Shown: positions 12,843-23,280 of the stretch, one piece after another
How the letters are laid out: every line of letters begins with the position of its first letter
Numbering within the stretch: position 1 is the first letter of the stretch
Source of the DNA: Octopus bimaculoides
Taxonomy: Eukaryota
Reading direction: 5' to 3'
NCBI RefSeq assembly: GCF_001194135.2
Contig: NC_068984.1
Coordinates: 100,832,301 to 100,873,804, forward strand
Length of the DNA stretch: 41,504 nucleotides
Notes under the pieces: generated by a model
Seen by the model: the letters and a program-made list of their open reading frames with translations, nothing else
Databases searched by the model: none
Told to the model about the DNA's origin: nothing
Program-made: the position numbers and the translations under genes

Positions 12843-13159
12843 NNNNNNNNNNNNNNNNNNNNNNNNNNNNNNNNNNNNNNNNNNNNNNNNNNNNNNNNNN
12901 NNNNNNNNNNNNNNNNNNNNNNNNNNNNNNNNNNNNNNNNNNNNNNNNNNNNNNNNNNNNNNNNNNNNNNNNNNNNNNNNNNNNNNNNNNNNNNNNNNNN
13001 NNNNNNNNNNNNNNNNNNNNNNNNNNNNNNNNNNNNNNNNNGTTGTGTGTTCTCAAATTTGTGTGATGTGCGCCTAATTTTTTATTTGTTTGTCTTTTTA
13101 CAGTTTTTCAATGAAAATTGACTGATAGCTAAAACAAAAGTGATTGTATATTGGAGAAA

Positions 13160-13535
13160 AAAAAAAACAAACTCGAAACAGATATTTTCCTCTTCGGCCA
13201 GGACGTCATCGATTTCTCAAATTTCCTCTTGAAGAGGAAAGTGAAGGTGGAAAAATAGACGAGAGTGGTGTGTATGGGCTCATCATACAGCTGTTGGTTG
13301 GAGAACAGAAGTGGAAGAAGGCCCTTGTTTTTGTCATTGAAAGAAACCCAAGAACTTTACACTATCTCCACTATTGGCACGTTTCATTTTCATTCGTATT
13401 TATGCAATTGTTTTCCATACCTGCTTTCTCATTTTCATTTCGATGCCTAAACCCAATCTGTTTTCTATTTTTCCACTTCTAATGTTCCCTCGTTCTCTTC
13501 AACTTCATCCTGTTCTCCTTATGGTAAACAATACA
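13160..13535 (+). mobile_element. L1/Tx1-like LINE 3' terminal fragment
   Basis: Reads TDIFLFGQDVIDFSNFLLKRKVKVEK, which parallels PYFFSQAYINVFKFHQKRKVRLKK at 36768-37007. Confidence 0.55.
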
Positions 13536-13541
13536 GAAAGG

Positions 13542-13589
<48 letters not shown>

Positions 13590-14050
13590 TCCATTTTATT
13601 TCTCACAGCTCTTAATTTTACTTCCTCTGGTTAATTCTGTAAGAGCGGACGGCAACCTGCTATCAAAGGTTTGACAGAGTCTCTTTCCACGATACTTGAA
13701 ACCCAAGAATCAATCTCAAAATTCTTGCTGTCCCCAACAGAGCATTTAAAAAATTGTTTTTTGAGCATATTCTACTCTCATGCCAATTCCAATTTCTCTG
13801 TCATATTCTTCAAACCCGCTTGTTTATGCTCCTAGTGCCTCTACAACAACTGGGATGACAGTAACTCTCGTCATTGCCCACATTCGAATAATCTATCCTT
13901 AGTAGCTTGTATTTTCCCATTTTTTCCAGCTCTTTGTCACCCACGCCTGCGTCCCCAGGTATGGCAATATGTGTAGTTCTAAGTTTCCTACTTCATTTAC
14001 TTTACTGCAACAATATCTGGTCTGAGAGTATCAATTACTGAGTCACATTT
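13590..14050 (-). mobile_element. R4/Dong-clade LINE 3' fragment (different subfamily)
   Basis: Minus strand: RPDIVAV..IAIPGD..KELEKMGKY..VTVIPVVVEALGA..ALLGTARILR. (TAA)n at 13542-13589 and mixed TAA/CAA at 14052-14097. Confidence 0.85.
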
Positions 14051-14102
14051 GTTATTATTATTGTTATTATTGTTATTATTGTTATTGTTGTTGTTGTGTA
14101 AA

Positions 14103-14267
14103 AGCACATGGCCTAGTGGTTTGGGTGTTGCACTCACGATCGCTAAATCATGGATTCGATTCGCAGACCGAGCGCTGCTAGGTTGCGTTTATGAGCAAAA
14201 CAATTCATTTCATGTTGCTCTGCGATCACTTCGACAGCTGACGTCGGGCACACTGGTGCACCTGTAC
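14103..14267 (+). mobile_element. tRNA-derived SINE, family B-related head and body, 3'-truncated
   Basis: TGGCCTAGTGG (A box), GATTCGATTC (B-box-like), GAGCAAAACAATTCATTTCATGTTGCTC, similar to family B. Confidence 0.75.
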
Positions 14268-14269
14268 AG

Positions 14270-15205
14270 ATATTTCCCGAGGTTGGACGATATTGAACCC
14301 AATACTCCGATGACAACAGGAACAACCTTTATGTTTGGCTCTCGTAGCTACCACATCTTGGCGATCTCAATTCTTAGGTCTCCATATTTGTCAACCTTTT
14401 TTCTTTTTTTCATGACAATATGTTGATCTAGTGGCGCTGCCACGTCTATTATTAGGCACTCTCGCTTCTCCCTCCTAAACGTTATTATATCCACCCTTCG
14501 CTGCTCTAATACCATGTCTGTCTGGAACTCAAAGTCCTACAAGATCTTTTCCTTCCCGTTTTCTTTCATTACCTTTCCTTGTGTATGTTAGCACCAAGCA
14601 CTCGTTACCTCGCATTCATACTTTCGGCACAGTAGCCAGTGAAGGTTTGGGGCTACCTTGTCGTTTCTATGCTTGTGCTCTTTCTGTGTAAGACATTCAC
14701 AAACAATGTGTCATGCTTTCGACCTTCTTTCCGCACATTCTGCAGAGGTTCGTTGCACTTGCGTGGTATACATCCCTTTTCATTGAGTTGGTATTCAATG
14801 CCTGGTCCTGGACAGCGATGATTATGCTTTCAGTCTTCTTTTCAAGGTCACCTTTACTGAGCCATATCCATGATGCTTCCTGGTCTTTTAAGTGGTTAGT
14901 TTTACGGTGGAACTGACCATGTAATTCCAACTGGAGTAGTGTTTCTTCTCTCTCGTTGGTTATTCATGATCGGAATTCATTAGCACTCTCAACTCCATCA
15001 TTGGTAAATCCTCTTGCATTAGCGACATACTGTAGCAGATATGTTTACCAAAGACTCTTCTATCATTATCGATGCACCCACGTACGCTAATCAGGTCACG
15101 TCTACCTTTTCACCTCTTCATATACAGCCTGTGTATGTTCACCTTAGGGTGGAGGGCACCGTGCACTGTCATTGTCTGGTGTCCTTTTCAGAATAGGTGC
15201 ATTAT
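14270..15205 (-). mobile_element. R4/Dong-clade LINE fragment, subfamily B (RT end, CCHC, RLE)
   Basis: Minus strand: TMTVHGALHPKVNIHRLYMKR, WIWLSKGDLEKKTESIIIAVQDQALNTNS, CRMCGKKVESMTH, ECLIIDVAAP. Close DNA match to 21577-22377. Confidence 0.9.
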
Positions 15206-15211
15206 AACGGA

Positions 15212-15357
15212 TTACAGCAATACCAATGTACAATTTGAGCAACATTGTCATACCGTCTTTGTACTCCTTCTGTGTCAAAGAGCTACATTCACATACTATG
15301 TGACATGTGATTACGCCAAACTTCCCACACATTCAGCACAATGATGATTTGATCGTT
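15212..15357 (-). mobile_element. Short R4/Dong CCHC fragment of another subfamily
   Basis: Minus strand: C*MCGKFGVITCHIVCECSSLTQKEYK..DNVAQIVHW; preceded on the sense strand by (TAA)n at 15358-15490. Confidence 0.7.
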
Positions 15358-15387
15358 TATTATTATTACTATTATTATTATTATTAC

Positions 15388-15468
<81 letters not shown>

Positions 15469-16269
15469 CATCATCATCATCATCATCATTTCTTTTTATC
15501 AGATGTTGTNNNNNNNNNNNNNNNNNNNNNNNNNNNNNNNNNNNNNNNNNNNNNNNNNNNNNNNNNNNNNNNNNNNNNNNNNNNNNNNNNNNNNNNNNNN
15601 NNNNNNNNNNNNNNNNNNNNNNNNNNNNNNNNNNNNNNNNNNNNNNNNNNNNNNNNNNNNNNNNNNNNNNNNNNNNNNNNNNNNNNNNNNNNNNNNNNNN
15701 NNNNNNNNNNNNNNNNNNNNNNNNNNNNNNNNNNNNNNNNNNNNNNNNNNNNNNNNNNNNNNNNNNNNNNNNNNNNNNNNNNNNNNNNNNNNNNNNNNNN
15801 NNNNNNNNNNNNNNNNNNNNNNNNNNNNNNNNNNNNNNNNNNNNNNNNNNNNNNNNNNNNNNNNNNNNNNNNNNNNNNNNNNNNNNNNNNNNNNNNNNNN
15901 NNNNNNNNNNNNNNNNNNNNNNNNNNNNNNNNNNNNNNNNNNNNNNNNNNNNNNNNNNNNNNNNNNNNNNNNNNNNNNNNNNNNNNNNNNNNNNNNNNNN
16001 NNNNNNNNNNNNNNNNNNNNNNNNNNNNNNNNNNNNNNNNNNNNNNNNNNNNNNNNNNNNNNNNNNNNNNNNNNNNNNNNNNNNNNNNNNNNNNNNNNNN
16101 NNNNNNNNNNNNNNNNNNNNNNNNNNNNNNNNNNNNNNNNNNNNNNNNNNNNNNNNNNNNNNNNNNNNNNNNNNNNNNNNNNNNNNNNNNNNNNNNNNNN
16201 NNNNNNNNNNNNNNNNNNNNNNNNNNNNNNNNNNNNNNNNNNNNNNNNNNNNNNNNNNNNNNNNNNNNN

Positions 16270-16385
16270 GGTAGATTGATTTCTTGTTTGTATTTGTCAG
16301 CTTCCTTAAATACTGAAAACAATTTTTTGTTTTGCTCGTGTTTTGTGGCTATTTGTATTAGTTTCCCTTGCTTCTGGAGTAGGTA

Positions 16386-16389
<4 letters not shown>
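16270..16389 (-). mobile_element. Probable R4/Dong LINE fragment entering a gap
   Basis: Minus strand: KYLLQKQGKLIQIATKHEQNKKLFSVFKEADKYK, resembling the post-RT region of R4/Dong ORFs; preceded by (TAA)n. Confidence 0.55.
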
Positions 16390-16448
<59 letters not shown>

Positions 16449-16736
16449 TATTATTATTATCCTCATTATCATTTGAGTCTTGGTGTAGGAACGTACATGA
16501 CACGAATTGATATTATTCTCTGTCTTGATCACATGTAGTGTTGTCATGGCGAAGCTATGGCATACATGTCACAATGACACTGGTTGTTCAGGTGATAAGT
16601 CGTAGACGTTGAAAAAAAAATTGAATATATTGTTATAAAAAACATCTACTTAATTTAAAATACATGTATTAAAGAAACTAAACTTTCTACCCGCCTAAAA
16701 TATTCACAATCATTGATCTTTTGAAATAGGCCATTA

Positions 16737-16858
16737 CACGACCTGATACTATTATGTCCATGCCGTGATAACACTTACATAGGCTGTACTTAATGTACTA
16801 TCGGAGAATCTGATCACTATTCTTTGGCAAATAGAAATGTCAGATTTACAGAGCAGAT
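16737..16858 (+). repeat. Unclassified ~120-bp interspersed repeat, copy 2
   Basis: Collinear with 11362-11484. Confidence 0.7.
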
Positions 16859-17046
16859 TCTTGGTCTTGTTTTAGTCAGTGAAGGATTTAGTTAATCAAA
16901 TCGATCTCAATATTTATTTGAAATTTTATACTTATTTTGTCGTTCCCTTTATGTAGAATGTTTGTGGACGGAGATGCAGATGAACTAGCTCCGAGTTTCA
17001 AACGGTGAGAGACAAACATGAACACACGCACACTCACAAACGCACG

Positions 17047-17091
<45 letters not shown>

Positions 17092-18383
17092 NNNNNNNNN
17101 NNNNNNNNNNNNNNNNNNNNNNNNNNNNNNNNNNNNNNNNNNNNNNNNNNNNNNNNNNNNNNNNNNNNNNNNNNNNNNNNNNNNNNNNNNNNNNNNNNNN
17201 NNNNNNNNNNNNNNNNNNNNNNNNNNNNNNNNNNNNNNNNNNNNNNNNNNNNNNNNNNNNNNNNNNNNNNNNNNNNNNNNNNNNNNNNNNNNNNNNNNNN
17301 NNNNNNNNNNNNNNNNNNNNNNNNNNNNNNNNNNNNNNNNNNNNNNNNNNNNNNNNNNNNNNNNNNNNNNNNNNNNNNNNNNNNNNNNNNNNNNNNNNNN
17401 NNNNNNNNNNNNNNNNNNNNNNNNNNNNNNNNNNNNNNNNNNNNNNNNNNNNNNNNNNNNNNNNNNNNNNNNNNNNNNNNNNNNNNNNNNNNNNNNATAT
17501 ATACAAGACAGGATTCCGCACAGTTTTATTTTCTAAATTTATTACAAGACATAGGATGATCCTAGTTATAGTAGATGGCACTTTCCCAAAGTACTGTGCA
17601 GTGACTGTTTCTTAACCAGAAACCCATGCCCTGAATATCTTTGTTAAATTGTTATATTTTATGTTAAGCTATATTTCATTTGCAGATAGCGGAGTTGCTA
17701 GCTGTCGCTGTGGCAATGACCGGATGACGGTAGTGACATTGTGTTGATTTAGTTTAGTAATAATATTCATAACTAAACCGTGTTGTACATTGTACTACTT
17801 TCCAAGCAACGGGTCGCCTCAATGCGTTAAATTAAACAGGTGAATTATACATGTGTGTCACCATAACTTTTTAATTTATATGTGCGGCGACACAACGCAG
17901 TAAACTATACAGCTGTCTTGATACGACGCATTAAATAGTACAGGTATGTCATTCGTATTCTATGCTTGTGCGGTACACTCTATTATCAGAAGTGTCGTGA
18001 AATGTTTTGAGGTTATATTATTTCAGCTCAGTGGCAATATTATTTAAATATTTTTCAGAATGAAATATTAATTAGCTACTTTGACTGTGGCACATACTTG
18101 CTCTTACAGGCGAACTCGAATACATTTCATTTAACATAATACACCCAATGTTAATTTGCATAAAAGTAGATTGTGTGTCACTTCAATTTCAGTGCAATAA
18201 AATTGTGTCAGCATCCTTACAAGGTTAAAATGCTTGGGTACAGCAGGAGACGTATTCCTATATTGTATACGGTTTTGTAATTTATAGTATTTTTAGAAAC
18301 TTCCCACGCGTGCATGAATAATTGACTTTGAAGTTGATTTCGTTCGTGGTTGCTTGTATATAAACTGGATTATTTAAGTGCTG

Positions 18384-18427
<44 letters not shown>

Positions 18428-19843
18428 CATTTGAAACTATGAAAAACCAAGTGACAGGAAAACAATTGCTAAGAAAGTAACTTTGCAAGCTGCATAGGAA
18501 ATCCGAACCTGTAAATAACATTAAATATTTATTATGGCAGTGTACTGGATGGGTCAATGACTTATAGAATATTTGTGAGTTTCATGGTATATTAGTCACG
18601 ACATGATTTGCTTCAGTGGTCAGTGACCAATGCTATTAGTTGTCTCATCCAGGAAGACTTGAATTATATGGTGAAGAAAATACCTTCACGTAGAATTCCC
18701 TATTGACAGTAGTGGTGACAGTGACGTTGTAATAGAGATATGGTGATTGCAAAAGGCAGCCCTAATCAGATTGACCAAAGGGAATAAAGTAGAGAATCGG
18801 TCAGGACTAACTGTAATCGGAAAATCTTGTTTTATAGATTATACCCCGTCCTACATGTATCCGGTTCTGTATGTAATCTGCCTGTATTCTACAATAGGGT
18901 ATATCAACTGCTCTGTTTGTGAATTAAATATGCCCTTTTGTAGATATACCCGGGTCTATATATAGCCTGTTCTAGATATAAATGTGTACATTCTGTCTAT
19001 ATGCACGCATATAGACACAATGAGAGGTAGAATGGAGAGAAGTGAGAGGAAGGGAGTGTCAGGTGGGAAGAAGTTAAATGGTGTCCTTGTTGTCTTTTGG
19101 CAGTTGTTGTTATAGGAAATAATTCTTAAATAACAACAAAAACAGCAGCAGCAACAGCATCAGCAGCAGTGGTAGTAAAATTACTATTACAACGAGGTAA
19201 ACAACCGATAAGACATTGTCACCAGTAGTAACAACGATAACGAGACAAGAACAGCAGCATAAATGACGAAGCAAAACAATTTTTAAAAACTAGAATCACA
19301 CCCAAATGCCTTTAAAAATAAATTTTATGATACGTATAAAAGCAGCTGGTTACGGATGAAACGTCTTAGTCGTGAGATGAAGAGGGCGTTACAGAGTGAC
19401 ATGTTGTTATTTGTGTGAGGGTTTACATAAATTCGGGTGAGGGGGAAAATAAAGGTGATAGGGAGAAATGTGATGAAGCCTATAAACCGTATACAAGATA
19501 TATAACTACCTGGATGATGCATACATTCTGATACAAGAGAGCCTCCGACAAATGCCAGTCTAGGAATCCGTTCAGATCCAAGGTTATCCTGAGTATCAAC
19601 GGCACGAACCCTCATCCAACAGTTGTCCTCTAATCTACTGTAGCATACTTAGAGGAGTTCCATTTACTCGGACTATTTTCCCCACAGAAACCCACCTTTG
19701 ATAAATTCACTGGACGGGAGCACTTCCGTTTTGAGGGCTTGATCGAAGAGAACATAATAATAATAATAATAATAGTAATAGTATTTCGTATGTGTATTTC
19801 GTGTGCAAGATTCATGATGTGGATACGTGTGTTGAAAGAAATA

Positions 19844-20481
19844 CAATTAAACCTTGGGAGAGGCATTATGCCGGTAATAAACACACGCACTGGTTCAGTC
19901 CTTTATTAATTTATATAGTTTTTTGTTAAATTATTTCATTGCACTCTTGCAATCTCTTCAGTAACTTGTCTCTCCACTTCCATTTATTTTGAATGTATGA
20001 TCTGGCGTTGTTTTGGCGTTGTTTTGAAACTGTTCGGTATGAGCATGTGAGTGTGTGCAAGCTCGTATGTGTGCACGCACTTATGTGTTCGTGCTTATAT
20101 GTAAGTATGTGCGTCCATATGTGTGTTTGTAACAATTTCGTTTCTATCAGATCAGATAGAGACTTTGNNNNNNNNNNNNNNNNNNNNNNNNNNNNNNNNN
20201 NNNNNNNNNNNNNNNNNNNNNNNNNNNNNNNNNNNNNNNNNNNNNNNNNNNNNNNNNNNNNNNNNNNNNNNNNNNNNNNNNNNNNNNNNNNNNNNNNNNN
20301 NNNNNNNNNNNNNNNNNNNNNNNNNNNNNNNNNNNNNNNNNNNNNNNNNNNNNNNGACAAGTTACTGAAGAGATTGCAAGAGTGCAATGAAATAATTTAA
20401 CAAAAAACTATATAAATGAATAAAGGACTGAACCAGTGCGTGTGTTTATTACCGGCATAATGCCTCTCCCAAGGTTTAATT

Positions 20482-20482
<1 letters not shown>
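19844..20482. mobile_element. MITE/foldback-like element with 127-bp inverted repeats and TA flanks (interior partly N)
   Basis: 19844-19970 is the reverse complement of 20356-20482 with one mismatch, and TA lies outside both arms. The right arm starts at a gap edge, so an assembly artefact is possible. Confidence 0.55.
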
Positions 20483-20556
<74 letters not shown>

Positions 20557-20573
20557 ATAATAATAATAATAAT

Positions 20574-20925
20574 AGCAAGATCAAAATATCTCAAGAAAAG
20601 AATACGGAAAGCTTTCTCACTATAAAGATCTACAAATTGAAATCACAATAATGTAGATGCTTAGTACTACGATAATACCAGTAATAATTGGTGCGTTGGG
20701 AATGATAAAGAAGGGAGCTGAGAAGTATATTAAGCAACTTCCTGGTAACTCCAATCTCCGTGAACTACAAAAGATAACTTTGATAGGTACAGCCCATATA
20801 CTACGGAAAGCACTCTCCATCTGCATAGCAAAGCAAAGCAAAGGTGCCCTTGCTACTCTTGGCCTCCAGAGGATGCCCGGTATTAAGGCAGCTGAAATAA
20901 AGTTATAATGCAAACAAACCATAAA
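20574..20925 (+). mobile_element. R4/Dong-clade LINE 3' end (subfamily C)
   Basis: YKDLQIEI..MLSTTIIPVIIGALGMIKKGAEKYIKQLPGNSNLRELQKITLIGTAHILRKALSI, then UTR; (TAA)n on both sides. Confidence 0.85.
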
Positions 20926-20960
20926 TGATAATAATAATAATAATAATAATAATGATAATA

Positions 20961-21517
20961 AATGCTGTGATGCAGTACCAGGTAGTGGCTCCCATGGCTT
21001 CTGATTTTAACTGATTGGAAGTGTTACCATGTACATTGTTTTTTGTCTTGGTATAAAAAATGGGCTACAGTAGATATTCTGCTCAATACTACAGATTTGC
21101 TTGTCAATTATTTGACCTTAACCAATTGAGCATGTCCTTTGGTGGCTGACGATATGTGCATCTCTGATCACGAGCAGAAGTAGTGGGGAGCATCATAGCC
21201 ATGTACTGAGTGGAATTCTTTTGGGTTTGAATAATTCACCTCAGGAAACAGGTGTTTCATTCCTCATCCTTAAAGAAACCTTATTCAGAGACCTTTTAAG
21301 CGGGATCAGCTACTCAACCAGAAGAAGATTCTAACTGCTCGCCACCTGAAAGGTCATGCACTGTTTACCTTGATATAAGATCACTCTGTCGCGCACATGT
21401 TGTTATAATGTATGTGCCTGGTGTACCCTTCTCAGATGCCTAGTCATGATGGGCATACTGGGCTTCGTATAATTGTACCCCAGGGTCATTTTAATGGCGA
21501 GCGCTGCCCTCTCACTC
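20961..21517 (+). mobile_element. Non-coding interspersed element (family D) between (TAA)n tracts
   Basis: No coding motif recognised. It ends CTCTCACTC-(AAT)n, and its 3' part recurs at 22447-22596. Confidence 0.7.
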
Positions 21518-21531
21518 AATAATAATAATAA

Positions 21532-21576
<45 letters not shown>

Positions 21577-21579
<3 letters not shown>

Positions 21580-22377
21580 GAAGAAGAAGAAGACTGAAAG
21601 CCTAATCATCGCTGCCCAGGATCAGGCATTGAATACCAATTCAGTGAAAAGGTATATATAGCACACAAGTGCAACGAACCTCTGCAGAATGTGTGGGAAG
21701 AGGGTCGAAAGCTTGACTCACATTGTTAGTGAAAATCTTGCGCAGAAAGAGTACTAGTGCAGAAAGAGTACTAGCGCAGAAAGAGTACTAGCGCAGAAAG
21801 AGTACTAGTGCAGAAAGAGTACTAGCGCAGAAAGAGTACAAGCGCAGACACAACAAGGTAGCCCAAAACCTTCACTGGCTACTATGCTAGAAGTATGGAT
21901 TCGAGGTAACGGAAGCTTGGTAACAAACATACACCGGAAAAGGTGATGGATGAAAAAGAGGAAAGCAAAGATCCTCTGCGACTTTGACTTCCGCACAGAC
22001 AAGGTGTTAGAGCACCGAAGGCCGGATAGAGTAACCTTTAGGAGGGACAAACAAGAGTGCCTAATAATCGACGTGACAAAGCCAGATCAACATATTATCA
22101 TGAAAGAAAGAGAAAAAGTTGATAAATATGGAGACCTGAGAACTGAGGTCGCTAAGATGTGGCAGCTATGAGAGTCAAACATAAAGGTTGTCCCTATTGC
22201 CATCGGAGTATTGGGCTCAATACCACCCAACCTTGCAAAAACTATCATTACTTGGAACTGCACACATATTGCGTTACGTATTGTCTGCCTGAGGTCCTTG
22301 TTGTGACTTGACAGACCCCCGGTAGACACAATATCTTCAATCAACAACATCGTGATATTGGATACTGTGCGAGGTCT
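21577..22377 (+). mobile_element. R4/Dong-clade LINE, subfamily B, 5'-truncated, with 3' UTR
   Basis: ESLIIAAQDQALNTNS, CRMCGKRVESLTHIVSE, KILCDFDFRTDKVLEHRRPD..CLIIDV (RLE), IGVLGSIPP, an internal deletion, LLGTAHILRYVLSA*, UTR, then (TAA)4. Confidence 0.9.
21740..21848 (+). repeat. 17-bp minisatellite, 6 copies plus 7 bp (GYGCAGAAAGAGTACWA)
   Basis: Units start at 21740, 21757, 21774, 21791, 21808 and 21825. Confidence 0.95.
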
Positions 22378-22390
22378 TAATAATAATAAT

Positions 22391-22449
22391 GGTTCCAAAT
22401 TTTGGCAGAAAGCCAGCAATTTCTGGGGAGCGGTTAAGTTGATTACATC
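22391..22449 (-). mobile_element. SINE family C 3' tail fragment
   Basis: TTTTGGCAGAAAGCCAGCAATTT..GATTACATC matches 27895-27955. Confidence 0.65.
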
Positions 22450-22596
22450 TTGATATGAGATCACCATATCGCGCACATACGGTTGTGATGCATGTGCCTG
22501 GTGTACCATTATCAGACGGGTAGTCATAATGGGTATATTGGGTTCGTATATTTGTACCTCAACATCACTTTGATAGCATGCGCTACTCAATCACTC
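22447..22596 (+). mobile_element. Family D 3' fragment
   Basis: Collinear with about 21365-21517 (TTGATAT.AGATCAC..GCGCACAT..TGTGCCTGGTGTACC..). Confidence 0.8.
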
Positions 22597-22811
22597 ACAG
22601 CAAAGAAGACCTGCTACAGTGTGCTGCTAGTGCAGAAGGCGTTAACAAAAATGGACTTGAGTGTACTCATGAATTCCGAACAAGAACAGTGGCTCCAGAA
22701 AGGTGACCTAAAAAAGAATATTGAAAGCCTAATCATCGCGGCCCAGGACAAGGCATTGAATATTATCTCAGTGAAAAAGAATATATACCACACAAGTGCA
22801 TTGGACCTCTG
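22597..22811 (+). mobile_element. R4/Dong subfamily B internal fragment
   Basis: WLQKGDLKKNIESLIIAAQDKALN..YHTSA; matches 21590-21685 and 14730-14870. Confidence 0.85.
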
Positions 22812-22829
22812 TGTGTGCAGTTCTTTCTC

Positions 22830-22895
22830 TACTATAGCCTCGAACTGAACAAAACCTTATGAGTGGATTTGGTAGATGGAGACGGAAAGAAGCCG

Positions 22896-22933
<38 letters not shown>

Positions 22934-23280
22934 NNNNNNNNNNNNNNNNNNNNNNNNNNNNNNNNNNNNNNNNNNNNNNNNNNNNNNNNNNNNNNNNNNN
23001 NNNNNNNNNNNNNNNNNNNNNNNNNNNNNNNNTATATATATATATATTTGTGTGTGTGTGTGTTTCTCCTCCCACCCCACCCCGTTTGACAACCGCTAGT
23101 GATGTGTTTACATCCCCATAACTTAGAAGCTCAGCGAAAGACACATGAATAAGTACAGGGCTTAAACTTTTTTTTTTAAAGTAAGTCTTGGAGTCGATTC
23201 GTTCGACTAAAATTCTCCAAGGCGATGCGATGCCACAGCATGGCCGAAGCCTAACTACTGGAACACATAAAAGACAAAAT
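22830..23280 (+). mobile_element. SINE family A, 5'-truncated, with internal (TA)n and gap
   Basis: TACTATAGCCTCG..GAGTGGATTTGGTAGA..; 3' part GTCGATTCGTTCGACTAA..CAGCATGGCC. Confidence 0.85.

Noticed and set aside
19507-19518. YLDD RT-like motif
   Set aside because: No other RT motifs in register; likely chance.
20961-21060. HDV-like ribozyme at the 5' end of element D
   Set aside because: I could not form P1, P1.1 and P3 with a proper L3 by eye.
21740-21848. CRISPR-like array
   Set aside because: The units are contiguous with no spacers, derive from LINE coding sequence, and there are no cas genes in this eukaryotic context.
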